Origin: an uncultured delta proteobacterium
Lineage (GTDB): Bacteria > Myxococcota > UBA727 > VGSZ01
Reading direction: 5' to 3'
Assembly (NCBI GenBank): GCA_963775425.1
Contig: CAVZJB010000018.1
Coordinates: 1 to 64,000 of the forward strand
DNA length: 64,000 nucleotides
Part shown: piece by piece, positions 8,455 to 19,321 of the stretch
How positions within the stretch are numbered: the first letter of the stretch is position 1
How the letters are laid out: the number at the start of each line of letters is the position of its first letter
Made by a program: the position numbers and the translations under genes
Notes under the pieces: generated by a model
Told to the model about the DNA's origin: nothing
Database searches by the model: none
What the model saw: the letters and a program-made list of their open reading frames with translations, nothing else

Positions 8455-9276
8455 ATGGACCTCGTTCTCCTCGACCACGCGCGGACCGCCATCAGGCGTG
8501 AACAGCTCGATGTTCTTTGCGCGGAGCTCGATCGCTCCGGCGGCCTCGTGCTCCTCTCCGGGCCGACGGGGCACGGCAAGAGCGCGGTCGCCTACTACGC
8601 ACTTCGACGGGCGGCGGCGCAGGGTCTCTCCGTGTCTACGATCGAATCGCACCCGCGGGAGCCCCTCGACGGCGTCAACCAGTTCGTCGACGAAGAGATG
8701 TGGACGAACCCCGGCGGCGACGCGTGGGAGAAGATCGTGCACGAACCCTCGCTCGACATGCTGTACGTGCGCGAGCTGTTGGGGACCGCCGCGCTTGACC
8801 TCGTCGTCACCGCCGCGGGCCGACGGCGCACAAAGTTCCTGAGCACCACCCATACGGTCGACGCGCCGTCCACACCGCTGCGCTTCATCGCCTCGGGCGT
8901 CGACGCCTGGAGGGTGTCGGCGGGGCTCCGCTTCGTGCAGGCGCAGCGGCGCCTGCGCCGGCTGTGCCCGTCGTGCCGCGAGCCGGTGTCGGCCCCGGCG
9001 ACGGTGTTCGACAAGGTCGGCCTCGAGCCGCCGGCGTCCGTGTATCGCGCGCGCGGCTGCTCCGCGTGCGGTGACACGGGCGTGCTCGGGAGCGTCGTCG
9101 TCTGCGAGCAGCTCGCCGTCGACGACGAGGTCGCCGCGCTCATCGCCGAGGCCGCGCCGGTGTCGAAGCTGGGGGAGGTGGCGCGCCGGCGGGGGATGCG
9201 CGGGCTGCGCGTCGAGGCGCTCGAATGCGCGCGCGCGGGCGAGGTCACCGTCGAAGAGGCGCTCCTCGAGACGTGA
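8455..9276 (+). CDS. Short, degenerate GspE/PilB-like ATPase domain
   Basis: Walker A GPTGHGKS, STTHT, AQRRLRRLCPSC and GCSACGDTG; no N-terminal domains. Confidence 0.75.
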   Translation: MDLVLLDHARTAIRREQLDVLCAELDRSGGLVLLSGPTGHGKSAVAYYALRRAAAQGLSVSTIESHPREPLDGVNQFVDEEMWTNPGGDAWEKIVHEPSLDMLYVRELLGTAALDLVVTAAGRRRTKFLSTTHTVDAPSTPLRFIASGVDAWRVSAGLRFVQAQRRLRRLCPSCREPVSAPATVFDKVGLEPPASVYRARGCSACGDTGVLGSVVVCEQLAVDDEVAALIAEAAPVSKLGEVARRRGMRGLRVEALECARAGEVTVEEALLET

Positions 9277-9366
9277 CGTCTCGCTACGAGCGCGCGGCGC
9301 ATCACCGTCAAGACCTTCGCCGCAGCGGGTCGATGTTCTAGGCTCGGGCCGCCGCGGGAGGCGCAC

Positions 9367-10197
9367 ATGGTGGACACCATCGACGAGGTCGAGGCATTTC
9401 GGCGCGACGGGTACGTGATCTTGCCGCGCGTCCTCGGCGACGACGACCTCGCCGCGCTCAAAGCGGCGCTCGCGCCGTACGAAGCGGGCCGCCCCATGGG
9501 ACGCAACGAGTTCGAGGGGGAGCAGACGCATCGCGTGTACAGCCTCGCCGGCAAGGGCGAGGTCTTCATGCGCCTCGCCGAGCACCCGCGCGTCCTGGCG
9601 TTGCTCGACGCGCTGCTGTTGCCGAACTGGTTGCTGTCCACGCTTCAGTCCATCCGCCTTCATCCGGGAGAGACCGCGCAGCCCTGGCACACCGACGACG
9701 CCTTCTATCGCGTCCCGCGCCCGCGCACGGGGCTCGCGGTGTCGACCATCTGGGCGATCGAGGACTTCACGGCCGAAAACGGCGCCACCGAGCTCATCCC
9801 GCGGAGCCACCTGTGGGGCGCCGAGCACCCCGACGATGCGCCGCGCGAGACGATCTTCGCGGCCATGCCCGCGGGCTCCGTCGTCGTCTTCGAAGGCGCG
9901 TTGTGGCACCGCGGCGGCGCCAATCGCTCGAGCGGCACGCGGCTCGCGATCTCCCCGCAGTATTGCCAACCGTGGCTGCGCACGCAGGAGTCGCAGCTCC
10001 TCATCGTGCCGCCGGAGCAGGCGAAGGCGCACACGCCGCGCGGGCGCACCATGCTCGGCTACAGCATCCACCCGCCGTTCGTGGGACAGGTGAACGGGAT
10101 GAACCCGCTGCGCCTGGTCGACGGCGCGTACCGCTCGGCCCGCGGCTCGAAAGAGGCCGCCCTCGCCGACGCGTTCCTGCGACGACCCGACGGTTGA
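9367..10197 (+). CDS. Phytanoyl-CoA dioxygenase (PhyH) family 2OG-Fe(II) oxygenase
   Basis: QPWHTDD, DFTAENGAT..IPRSH, WHRGGAN. Confidence 0.9.
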   Translation: MVDTIDEVEAFRRDGYVILPRVLGDDDLAALKAALAPYEAGRPMGRNEFEGEQTHRVYSLAGKGEVFMRLAEHPRVLALLDALLLPNWLLSTLQSIRLHPGETAQPWHTDDAFYRVPRPRTGLAVSTIWAIEDFTAENGATELIPRSHLWGAEHPDDAPRETIFAAMPAGSVVVFEGALWHRGGANRSSGTRLAISPQYCQPWLRTQESQLLIVPPEQAKAHTPRGRTMLGYSIHPPFVGQVNGMNPLRLVDGAYRSARGSKEAALADAFLRRPDG

Positions 10198-10204
10198 CGC
10201 GCGC

Positions 10205-12088
10205 TCACCGGCAAGGGCCGGGAGTCGATCGCAGCGCCTCCGCGATGGCGCGTCGCAGCGAGCGCGCGTCGAAGGGCTTGGACACCACCACGCCGCGCAG
10301 CTTCTCGAGGTCGCGAGGATCCGCGTAGCCGGTCATGAACACGATGGCCGGCGGCGGCGACAACGCGTCGAGCCGCCGCGCGAGCTCGGAGCCGGTCATC
10401 CCCGGCATGAGGACGTCGGTGATGACGACGTCGACGCGCTCGCGCGTGAGATGGGCGAGCGCGGCTTCACCGTCCGCCGCCACCGCGGGCCGCAGGCCCT
10501 CGGCGCGGAGGTACCAGGCGGCGAGCTCGCGCACCGACGCGACGTCGTCGACGACCAGGACACGGATGTCTCGTGCCAGCGCGTCCACCTCGACACACGG
10601 CGCCTCGGTGATCGCCGGCTCCGCGGCGGGCAGGAGGATGGTGAAGACCGTCCCCTGTCGCCCGCTCTCGACGTCGATGTGGCCCCTGTGTTGGCGGACC
10701 GTGCCGTAGACGGACGCGAGCCCGAGGCCGCTGCCTTCGCCCAGGGGCTTGGTGGTGAAATACGGCTCGAACACGCGCGGCAGGAGCTCCGGCGCGATGC
10801 CCGTCCCGGCGTCGCTGACGCGAACGCGCACGTAGGGCCCGGGCAGCAGCCCCTCGCTGCCACGGTCGGCGTCGAGGTCGATCGTGTCGACGTCGATCTC
10901 GAGGCTCCCCCCGTTCGGCTGCGCGTCGCGGGCGTTGATCGAGAGGTTGACGACGGCGCTCTCGAGCTGCCCCGCGTCGGCGCGCACGAAGAAGGAACGC
11001 TCGGCGGCGCGCACCGTGACGGAGACGGTGGGGCCCACCAGACGCTCCAGCAGCGGTCGCATCTCCATGAGCATCTTCGAAAGCTCGAGCGGGCGCGCGT
11101 CGACGGCCTGCTGCATTCCGAACGCGAGCAGTTGCCGGGTGAGGTGCATGCATTGCTGCACCGCGAGGGACGCGGCTTCCAAGGCCGGCGCAGCGGCGGC
11201 GGCGCTCTCGCGCGCAACCGCGAGCTGGCCGGCGATGATGGTCAGGTAGTTGTTGAAGTCGTGCGACACGCCGGCTGCGAGGGTGCCCACTGCCTCGAGC
11301 TTGCTCAGGTGGCGGAGCCGCTCCTCGACGAGGACGCGGTCGGTGACGTCGGTGACCGTGCCCACGAGCCGAGCGGCGCCCTCGATCTGCACGAGGCGGC
11401 CGCGGGTCTCGATGCTCCTGACGGCGCCGTCGGACCGGACGATGCGAACACCCAGAGGCTCGATCGGCTCTCCGCGCAGCGCCCGCCGCGCCCACTCCTG
11501 TTGTCGCAGGGAATCCGCGGGGTGGAGGTGCTGCAGGCCGACCGTTGCTTCGTCGTCGGGGCCCCGACCGATGATGGTCTGCAGACCCTGGGAGCGGTGG
11601 AGCTTGTTGTTGACGGGGTCGAACACGAAGTGTCCGACGCCCGTATGCACCTGCATCGCCTCGATGAGCGCCTCCGCCTGTTGGAGCGCGCCGAGCGCGC
11701 GCTGGCTCTCGGTGATGTCGACGAGGGTCCCCACGAGCATCGGCGGCCCTCCGTCGAGACTGACGACGTCACCGGCGCCGCGAACCCAGCGGATCTCACC
11801 CCCGGAATGAACGATCCGGTAGACGAGGTCGGCGATCCTCTCATCCGTCTGCGCTTGCCCGCGAGCCGCCACCACCCGCGGGAGATCGTCGGGATGCACG
11901 CGCGCATGGAGTGCCTCGATGCTCGGCTCCACCTCGCCGGGGCGATAACCGAGCAGGCGAAACATCGCGTCGGACCAGTAGGGTCTTCCCTCAAAGGGCC
12001 ACCGATAGATTCCAATGCCCGCGAGGCGCTCGACGTGGGCGAGAAACTCTGGCGTCGAACGTTCCAAGTCTCGGGCTCCGCGGATCAC
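10205..12088 (-). CDS. Hybrid histidine kinase (PAS-PAS-HisKA-HATPase-REC); start uncertain
   Basis: Two VHPDD/LHPAD PAS repeats, GVSHDFNN, NARDA, FEPYFTTK..G.GLGL, receiver VVDD...TDVLMP...KPF. Confidence 0.9.
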   Translation of the reverse strand: MIRGARDLERSTPEFLAHVERLAGIGIYRWPFEGRPYWSDAMFRLLGYRPGEVEPSIEALHARVHPDDLPRVVAARGQAQTDERIADLVYRIVHSGGEIRWVRGAGDVVSLDGGPPMLVGTLVDITESQRALGALQQAEALIEAMQVHTGVGHFVFDPVNNKLHRSQGLQTIIGRGPDDEATVGLQHLHPADSLRQQEWARRALRGEPIEPLGVRIVRSDGAVRSIETRGRLVQIEGAARLVGTVTDVTDRVLVEERLRHLSKLEAVGTLAAGVSHDFNNYLTIIAGQLAVARESAAAAAPALEAASLAVQQCMHLTRQLLAFGMQQAVDARPLELSKMLMEMRPLLERLVGPTVSVTVRAAERSFFVRADAGQLESAVVNLSINARDAQPNGGSLEIDVDTIDLDADRGSEGLLPGPYVRVRVSDAGTGIAPELLPRVFEPYFTTKPLGEGSGLGLASVYGTVRQHRGHIDVESGRQGTVFTILLPAAEPAITEAPCVEVDALARDIRVLVVDDVASVRELAAWYLRAEGLRPAVAADGEAALAHLTRERVDVVITDVLMPGMTGSELARRLDALSPPPAIVFMTGYADPRDLEKLRGVVVSKPFDARSLRRAIAEALRSTPGPCR

Positions 12089-12379
12089 TCGGTGTCGACG
12101 TGCGCGTCGCCGATGCTGGCGTGCGACTATAGCTCGACCCGCTCGGGGCCGACCGGCTGACGCGCGGCCTCCCGCGCTCGGGGCGCGAGCGCGCGGACGT
12201 CGTCGGCGAGCTGCTCGAGGGCCCTTGAGGGGCTCCCGAGCCGCCGTGTGGCCGGCCGCTCTGTCGCCGGGCGCCTTGGCGCTGCCGGTTTGGCGCGCAA
12301 GATCGGGGCGTTGGAGCGTCGCCGTCCGCGCGGTCTCCAGCGGCTTGGCAGGGGGGCTCGCGGCGGCTAAGCGGCGTCT

Positions 12380-14056
12380 GTGCAGGTCGGCGTCTTCAAG
12401 GAGATCTTCCCCGGGGAGCGGCGCGTGGCCGCCACCCCCGACAGCGTGCGTCGGCTGCAGAAGCTCGGGCTCACCGTCGCCGTCGAGCGCGGCGCGGGCG
12501 AGGGCGCCGGCTTCGCCGACTCGCTGTACGCGGACGCGGGCGCCCTCGTCGTCGACGACGCGTCGACGCTGTGGGCCGACAGCGACGTCGTCCTCAAGGT
12601 GCGGCCGCCCACCCTCGAGGAGGCCGGGCGCGGCCGGCCGGGTCAGGTGCTCATCTCGTTTCTGTGGCCCGCGCAGAGCGCGCCGCTCCTCGAGGCCCTG
12701 CGCGCGTCGGGTGTGACCGCGTTGGCGATGGATCAGATCCCGCGCATCACGCGCGCCCAGAAGATGGACGCGCTGTCGTCGATGGCGAACATCGCCGGCT
12801 ATCGCGCGGTCATCGAGGCGGCCAACGCCTTCCCGCGCCTGTTCGCGGGGCAGATCACGGCCGCCGGCAAGATGCCGCCCGCCAAGGTGCTCGTCATCGG
12901 CGCGGGCGTCGCCGGCCTCGCCGCCATCGGCGCCGCCCGCGGCCTCGGCGCCGTCGTGCGCGCCTTCGACACGCGCGCGGCGGTGAAGGAGCAGGTGCAG
13001 TCGATGGGCGCGGAGTTCATCGAGGTCACCGGCGTCGTCGAGAGCGGGGACGGCGGCGGCGGCTACGCCAAGGAGATGTCCAAGGCCTTCATCGACGCCG
13101 AGATGAACCTCTTTCGCGCGCAGGCCCGCGAGGTCGACGTCGTCATCACCACCGCGCTCATCCCGGGGAGGCCCGCTCCCAAGCTGTGGCTCGCCGACAT
13201 GGTCGAGAGCATGCGCGCCGGCTCCGTCGTCGTCGACCTCGCCGCGGAGCAGGGCGGCAACTGCGCGCTCACCGTCGCCGGCGAGGCCGTCACCGCCAGG
13301 AACGCCGAGGGCGGCGCCGTCACCGTCGTCGGCTACACGGACCTCACCTCGCGCATGGCCGCGCAGGCCTCGCAGTTGTACGGCACCAACCTCGCGCACC
13401 TCCTCGACGACATGACCAAGCCCAAGGAGGCGGGCGCCGAGCGCGCGTTGCGCGTCGACTTCGACGACGAGGTCGTTCGCACCGCCACCGTCGTCAAGGA
13501 GGGCGCCGTCACCTGGCCGCCGCCCAGGAAAGCGCCGCCCGCGCCGCCGCCCAAGAAGGACGAAAAGCCGCACTACCCCCTCGAGCCTGCGGGCGACGGG
13601 GCCGCCCTGCAAAAGCGCGCGCCCACCTCGCCGGCGACCACGGGGCCCGCGCCCACGGCGCCCGCGCGCGCCCAGAAGCCGGCGGCCCACGGCGCGCCGG
13701 CGGGGGCGCCGTCGACGTGGCCGCTGCTCGTCGCCGGCCTCGTGCTCATGGGCGTCGGCTTCGCGGCGCCGCCGGCGTTCCTCGAGCACCTTATCGTGTT
13801 CGTGCTCGCGTGCTTCATCGGCTACCAGGTCATCTGGAACGTCACGCCCGCGCTGCACACGCCCTTGATGAGCGTCACCAACGCCATCAGCGGCATCATC
13901 CTCGTCGGCGGGTTGCTGCACACGTCCGACGGCTTCGCCGGGCACACGGCGTCCACCGCCCTCGGCGCCCTCGCCGTGCTCATCGCGTCCATCAACATCG
14001 CCGGCGGGTTCCTGGTCACGCAGCGCATGCTCAAGATGTTCCGGCGGGGCTCTTGA
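12380..14056 (+). CDS. pntA: NAD(P) transhydrogenase subunit alpha
   Basis: [57 protein letters not shown]. Confidence 0.97.
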   Translation: MQVGVFKEIFPGERRVAATPDSVRRLQKLGLTVAVERGAGEGAGFADSLYADAGALVVDDASTLWADSDVVLKVRPPTLEEAGRGRPGQVLISFLWPAQSAPLLEALRASGVTALAMDQIPRITRAQKMDALSSMANIAGYRAVIEAANAFPRLFAGQITAAGKMPPAKVLVIGAGVAGLAAIGAARGLGAVVRAFDTRAAVKEQVQSMGAEFIEVTGVVESGDGGGGYAKEMSKAFIDAEMNLFRAQAREVDVVITTALIPGRPAPKLWLADMVESMRAGSVVVDLAAEQGGNCALTVAGEAVTARNAEGGAVTVVGYTDLTSRMAAQASQLYGTNLAHLLDDMTKPKEAGAERALRVDFDDEVVRTATVVKEGAVTWPPPRKAPPAPPPKKDEKPHYPLEPAGDGAALQKRAPTSPATTGPAPTAPARAQKPAAHGAPAGAPSTWPLLVAGLVLMGVGFAAPPAFLEHLIVFVLACFIGYQVIWNVTPALHTPLMSVTNAISGIILVGGLLHTSDGFAGHTASTALGALAVLIASINIAGGFLVTQRMLKMFRRGS

Positions 14057-15495
14057 TGGACCTCGCCGCGCGCGCCCCCGGCCTCATCACCGTCGCGTAC
14101 ATCGCGGCCAGCGCGCTGTTCATCCTCTCGCTCGGCGGCCTGTCCAACCAGGAGAGCGCGCGGCGCGGAAACACCCTCGGCGTCGCCGGCATGGTGCTCG
14201 CCGTCGTCGCCACCGTCGTCGCCGTCACCACCCAGGGCTTCGTGGTGGCCGCGTGCTCCATGGGCGTGGGCGCGCTCATCGGCGCGGTGCTGGCGGCGCG
14301 CGTGCAGATGACGTCGATGCCGCAGTTGGTGGCGGTGCTGCACAGCTTCGTCGGCCTCGCCGCCGTGCTCGTGGGCCTGGCGTCGTTCCTCAAGCCCGAA
14401 GGCCTGCGCGGCGCCGAGGCCGTCATCCACAGCAGCGAGATGTTCGTGGGCATCTTCGTCGGCAGCGTGACCTTCACGGGCTCCATCGTCGCCTACGGAA
14501 AGCTCCAGGGTGTGCTCGGGAGCAGGCCGCTGTTGTTGCCGGGGCGCCACGTCCTGAACGCGACCGTCGTCATCGTCTGCGCGGTGCTGGGCGTGCGCTT
14601 CGTCGGGATGGGCGGCGGCCTCGTCGAGCTCCTCGCCATGATCGCGCTGTCGGGCTTCCTCGGCTGGCACCTGGTGATGGCCATCGGCGGCGCCGACATG
14701 CCCGTCGTGGTGTCGATGCTCAACTCGTACTCGGGCTGGGCCGCCGCCGCCGCGGGCTTCATGCTCGGCAACGACCTGCTCATCGTCACCGGCGCGCTCG
14801 TCGGCAGCTCCGGCGCCATCCTCAGCTACATCATGTGCCGCGCGATGAACCGGAGCTTCGTGAGCGTCATCCTCGGCGGCTTCGGCGCGGCCGAGGGACA
14901 GGCCCCGCCAAAGCCCGCGAGCGAGGGCCCGGAGCCGGTGGCGATCTCGGCCGACGAGACCGCGCGCTTGTTGAAGGCGGCGCGCAGCGTCGTCATCGTG
15001 CCCGGCTACGGCATGGCGGTGGCGCAGGCGCAGCACCCCACGCGCGCCGTCGTCGACATGCTGCAGAAGAACGGCGCGCTGGTGCGCTTCGCCATCCATC
15101 CCGTGGCCGGGCGCTTGCCGGGGCACATGAACGTGTTGTTGGCGGAGGCCAACGTCCCCTACGACATCGTCCTCGAGATGGACGAGATCAACAACGACTT
15201 CTCGAGCACCGACGTCGTCCTCGTCATCGGCGCCAACGACATCGTGAACCCGAGCGCGCTCGAGGACCCCACCTCGCCCATCGCCGGGATGCCCGTGCTG
15301 CACGCGTGGGAGGCAAAGAACGTCATCGTGTTCAAGCGCGGCAAGGGCGCGGGCTATGCGGGCATCGACAACCCGCTGTTCGTGAAGCCGAACACGCGCA
15401 TGCTCTACGGCGACGCCAAGAAGTCCGTGGACGCCATCGAGCGCGTCCTCGAGGACATCGCGCGTCCGGTCCCCGAGATCCGCGCCCCCGTGTGA
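14056..15495 (+). CDS. pntB: NAD(P) transhydrogenase subunit beta
   Basis: [49 protein letters not shown]; ATG overlaps the pntA stop. Confidence 0.97.
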   Translation: MDLAARAPGLITVAYIAASALFILSLGGLSNQESARRGNTLGVAGMVLAVVATVVAVTTQGFVVAACSMGVGALIGAVLAARVQMTSMPQLVAVLHSFVGLAAVLVGLASFLKPEGLRGAEAVIHSSEMFVGIFVGSVTFTGSIVAYGKLQGVLGSRPLLLPGRHVLNATVVIVCAVLGVRFVGMGGGLVELLAMIALSGFLGWHLVMAIGGADMPVVVSMLNSYSGWAAAAAGFMLGNDLLIVTGALVGSSGAILSYIMCRAMNRSFVSVILGGFGAAEGQAPPKPASEGPEPVAISADETARLLKAARSVVIVPGYGMAVAQAQHPTRAVVDMLQKNGALVRFAIHPVAGRLPGHMNVLLAEANVPYDIVLEMDEINNDFSSTDVVLVIGANDIVNPSALEDPTSPIAGMPVLHAWEAKNVIVFKRGKGAGYAGIDNPLFVKPNTRMLYGDAKKSVDAIERVLEDIARPVPEIRAPV

Positions 15496-15523
15496 GAGCG
15501 GTCCAAGCAAGAGCCCAGCGAGC

Positions 15524-17317
15524 TCAGTTGGCGGCGCCGAAGAAGGGCGCGCCGAAGCTGAAGACGCCGCCGTCGGAGGCGAGCAGCCAATAGCCGTCGT
15601 CGGGGCCGCGCGCCATGGACACCACGGGCGAGACGAGGTCGAGGTCACCGGTGGAGCCGTGGAAGGGCGCGGCGAACGAGAAGACGCCGCCGTCGCTCGC
15701 CGTCAGCCAGTAGCCGCCGCCGTCGGCCGCGGACATGCCGCGGATGGGCTGGTTGAGCGGCGTGCCCCCCATGGAGCCGTGGAAGGGCGCGTCGCCGAAC
15801 GCGAACACACCGCCGTCCGACGCCGCCAGCCAGTAGCCGTGGCCGCTGTCGGTGGCGCCGAAGGCCACCACCGGCTGGTTGAGGCGCTGCCCGCCCATGG
15901 AGCCGAAGAAGCCCGCGTCGCCGAACGCGAACACGCCGCCGTCCGACGCCGCCAGCCAATAGCCGCGGCCGGAGGGCGTCGCCGCGCCGGCGACGATCGG
16001 CGCGTTCAAGGGCGTGCCGCCCGTCGAGCCGAAGAAGCCCGCGTCGCCGAACGCGAACACGCCGCCGTCGCTGGCGATGAGCCAATAGCCGCGGCCCGAC
16101 GGGGTCGCCATCATGCCCGCGATGGGCGCCGCGAGCGTGGTCGACGACAGATCGCCGTGCCCGCTCGCCGCACCGAAGGCGAACACCCGGCCCGCGCGCG
16201 TCGTCACCCAATAGCCGTCGCCCTGCGGCCGGGCGGCGATGCCGATCCGCTCGCTGCTCGGCGGCGGCGTCGACGTCGACGGCGGCGGCGCGACGTCGCC
16301 CGCGGCCGAGCGCGCGATGATCTCCGGGAGCCGCGCCACGACGTTGTCGCCGGGACACGCGGTGTTCTGTCCCGGGTGCTGGCGGTGGCCGAGGATGTGG
16401 GCCGCGTCGAGCGGGATCGGATGGAGGCGCCCGAGCGTCGACAACAGCCGGCTCGCCGACGCCACCTGCGCCTCGCTGAGCTGCTCGTTCACGGGCGGGT
16501 GGTAGTAGCCGATGAAGACGACGCTGATGCTGCCGGTGTTGTTGTGGAGCGTGGCCGCGCTCATGTGCGGCAGCGGGCGCGCCTCGAAGACGCGGCCGTC
16601 GGGCGCGATGGCGAAGTTGTAGGCGATGTCGCAGTAGCCGCTGCCGCGCTCGTAGGCCTCGATCTGGCGCAGGCGCGCCTCGGGGTTCGTCGACGGCGTC
16701 GCCGTGTGGTGGATGGCGACCCGGTAGAAGTGGTTCTCGACGGTGGTGCAGCGCGAGGGCTCGCTCGTCCAGCTCGAGCGCGGCAGCACGCCGGCCGCGG
16801 CCACGGCGGCGTCGAGCGCCTGGGCGTCGCCGCCGGGGGCGTCGGCGCCGATGCCGTCGTCGTCGCCGCCGGGGGCGGCGGGCAGCGCGCCGCGGAAGGC
16901 GAGGCGCGTGACGTCGGCGGCGGCGTCGACGCCGACCTCGACGCGCGTGACCGGCGTGGACAGCTCGGCGGTGGCGACGCGCATGCCGTCTTCGTCGAAG
17001 GTCCAGGCGGCGTCGGCGGCGTGACCCGTCTCGGGGTCGCGGACGAACACGTGAGGCGCGGGAACGTCCGCGGGCGTGTCCACCATCAACACGATGCGCG
17101 ACGCGGGCGCGGGCAGCTCGATCACGGGGGAGACGGAGGCGTCGCCGTCGACGTGGAACTGCGTACGCACGTCGTCGCCGAGGAAGACTGTCTGTTGCTC
17201 GGCGTCGCCGTCTTCGGCCCACGCGGTGCGAACGGCCGGCGGCGCGCCGCACGCGCCGAGGATCGACGAAGCCGAGAGCGCGGCGAGGACGGCGACGAGG
17301 GACCCGGGACGGTTCAT
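15524..17317 (-). CDS. Lipoprotein with PGRP-like N-acetylmuramoyl-L-alanine amidase domain and six C-terminal GYWL..DGGVF repeats
   Basis: AGGAGG RBS, lipobox ILGAC, IHHTA, DIAYNF, GHRQ...TACPG, then ~40-aa repeats. Confidence 0.85.
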   Translation of the reverse strand: MNRPGSLVAVLAALSASSILGACGAPPAVRTAWAEDGDAEQQTVFLGDDVRTQFHVDGDASVSPVIELPAPASRIVLMVDTPADVPAPHVFVRDPETGHAADAAWTFDEDGMRVATAELSTPVTRVEVGVDAAADVTRLAFRGALPAAPGGDDDGIGADAPGGDAQALDAAVAAAGVLPRSSWTSEPSRCTTVENHFYRVAIHHTATPSTNPEARLRQIEAYERGSGYCDIAYNFAIAPDGRVFEARPLPHMSAATLHNNTGSISVVFIGYYHPPVNEQLSEAQVASASRLLSTLGRLHPIPLDAAHILGHRQHPGQNTACPGDNVVARLPEIIARSAAGDVAPPPSTSTPPPSSERIGIAARPQGDGYWVTTRAGRVFAFGAASGHGDLSSTTLAAPIAGMMATPSGRGYWLIASDGGVFAFGDAGFFGSTGGTPLNAPIVAGAATPSGRGYWLAASDGGVFAFGDAGFFGSMGGQRLNQPVVAFGATDSGHGYWLAASDGGVFAFGDAPFHGSMGGTPLNQPIRGMSAADGGGYWLTASDGGVFSFAAPFHGSTGDLDLVSPVVSMARGPDDGYWLLASDGGVFSFGAPFFGAAN

Positions 17318-17599
17318 GCGGACCTCCTGCGTGCACGATGGGCGAAGCGCGCGCGCCGCGCGTCCGCTCTCCGTAGGAGGACGAACGTCGGGGTGGCGGC
17401 GAAAACGCCCGCGCGGCGGCGCAGGGGCCCTGCTCGGTCGCGGCCGACGCAACACGGGCGTCGTCGTCGCGCGCGCGGGCGCTGCGGCGACGGGCACGAA
17501 CGGCGCGCGCACTCGCCCCGATGGAGCGATCGAGCGAGAGCGGGGCGCACCGGCGGCGCAGACTTCGCCTTCGCCTTCGCCCTCGCCCTCGCCGGCGAC

Positions 17600-19321
17600 T
17601 TATCGTGGCAGACGCGTGAGGCGCCGTCGCTGACGCAACGCGATCAGGAGCAACACGAAGGACGCGGTTCCGCCGGGCGTCGACGTCGAGCAACCCCAGA
17701 TCGTGGAGCCCGACAGCGTCCCCGCGACTCCCTCCACCCCCGTCGGGGTCGCTTCCGGCGTCGGCGTCGACGTGGTCGCGGCGTACGCCGCGTGGGGCGC
17801 GGGCACCTCGGGCGGGATCGACGGCAGCGCGGTGCCGAGCGCGGGCTCGCCGTCGCGCGCGCCGGCGAGCACCGGCGGCAGCGACGCCGCGGGGTCGACG
17901 TCGCGCACGCCGACGGGAGGGAGCTTGCAGGGGCTGGTCTCGCCGTCGCCGACGACGCCGTCGTGGTTTTTGTCCTCGTCACCGTCGACGACGCCGTCGC
18001 CGTCGCTGTCGGCCTCGAGCGGGTCGGCGTGGCCGTCGGCGCACGCGGGCCCCGGGTAGAGGGCGGTGCGCTCGAGGCCGTCGTCGAGGCCGTCGCCGTC
18101 CGTGTCCGGGTCGGCGGCGTCGGTCTCTCCGGGGTCGCAGAGGCCGTCGTGGTTTTTGTCCTCGACGCCGTCGTCGAGGCCGTCGCCGTCCGTGTCGGCG
18201 GCGAGGGGATCGGTGACGCGCGACAGGGGGCTCGCGGGGTCGCCGCCGTAGACCTCGACGCCGTCGGCGAGGCCGTCGCCGTCGGTGTCGGCGCTGAGGG
18301 GGTCGGTGCCGGCGGCGGCCTCGGCGTCGTCGGAGATGCCGTCGCCGTCGGTGTCGACGTCGGGGACCTGCACGGCGACGAGGAGCACGACGACGGCGTC
18401 GTCACCGGTCTGCACGAAGGCGCGCGCGTCGTCGTGGAGGCCGGGCGCGAGGGCGTCGCCGAGGGCGAAGGTGTCGACGTCGAGCGCGGCGCCGGTCGAG
18501 GCGTTGAAGACGTTGCCCGCGGGGTTGTCGGCGTCGTCGAGGCTGACGTCGACGTCGCAGGCGTCGCCGCTGCACAAGCCGACGAAGTCGCAGGAGGGAT
18601 CGTCGAGGGCGCCGCTGCAGGTGCCGTCGCCGGGGATGTCGGCGTCGCCCTCGAGGACGACGGCGGTGACGTGGCCGCCGGGGCCGCCGACGCGGAAGGC
18701 GGGCAGCGTCGACGACGGCGTGCGCGCGCGGCGGCTCCACTGCAGCCCCTCGAAGGTCTCGATCACGCGCGGCGCGACCGGGGCGGGCGCGGGGGTGACG
18801 ACGACGAGCGCGAACGCGCCGGCGAAGCCCTGGGCGGAGCGCCACGGGTCGCCGGTGTCGACGTCGACGGCGCCCACGGTCCACGAGCCCGCGGCGGCGA
18901 CCCCGTCGGTGAGCGGGGCGACGTCGGCGCGGCAGCTCCAATAGCGCAAGGAGCCGTCGGCGCCGCCGTCGACGACGTCGCAGGACGAGGCGTGCACGGG
19001 CACGGGGACCGATCCCGGCGGCATCACGAGGACGTCCTCGTCGGGCGCGCGGCCCGAGCCGGCCCACACGAGCTCGGCGCGCACGAGCGGCACGCCGGCG
19101 CGCACGGCGAGCTGCGTCTGCGCCGCCGGCAACACCGCGCCGCCGGCGTCGACGAGGGACGCGCCGGCGACGACGACGTCGTAGGGCCCGCGCAGGACGA
19201 ACGAGGACGCGAGCGGCGCGCCCGCAGTCTCGGCGTGTGCGCGCGCCGCCCCGAGCAGGGCGAGCGCACAGGACGCGACGACACAGGCGCAGGCGCGGGT
19301 GGGGCGGGCGAGCGTGTTCAT
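17600..19321 (-). CDS. Secreted surface protein with DxDxDG Ca-binding repeats and MYXO-CTERM-like tail
   Basis: Signal peptide, repeated DTDGDGL.DG.E, C-terminal WGCS-hydrophobic-RQRRR. Confidence 0.8.
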   Translation of the reverse strand: MNTLARPTRACACVVASCALALLGAARAHAETAGAPLASSFVLRGPYDVVVAGASLVDAGGAVLPAAQTQLAVRAGVPLVRAELVWAGSGRAPDEDVLVMPPGSVPVPVHASSCDVVDGGADGSLRYWSCRADVAPLTDGVAAAGSWTVGAVDVDTGDPWRSAQGFAGAFALVVVTPAPAPVAPRVIETFEGLQWSRRARTPSSTLPAFRVGGPGGHVTAVVLEGDADIPGDGTCSGALDDPSCDFVGLCSGDACDVDVSLDDADNPAGNVFNASTGAALDVDTFALGDALAPGLHDDARAFVQTGDDAVVVLLVAVQVPDVDTDGDGISDDAEAAAGTDPLSADTDGDGLADGVEVYGGDPASPLSRVTDPLAADTDGDGLDDGVEDKNHDGLCDPGETDAADPDTDGDGLDDGLERTALYPGPACADGHADPLEADSDGDGVVDGDEDKNHDGVVGDGETSPCKLPPVGVRDVDPAASLPPVLAGARDGEPALGTALPSIPPEVPAPHAAYAATTSTPTPEATPTGVEGVAGTLSGSTIWGCSTSTPGGTASFVLLLIALRQRRRLTRLPR

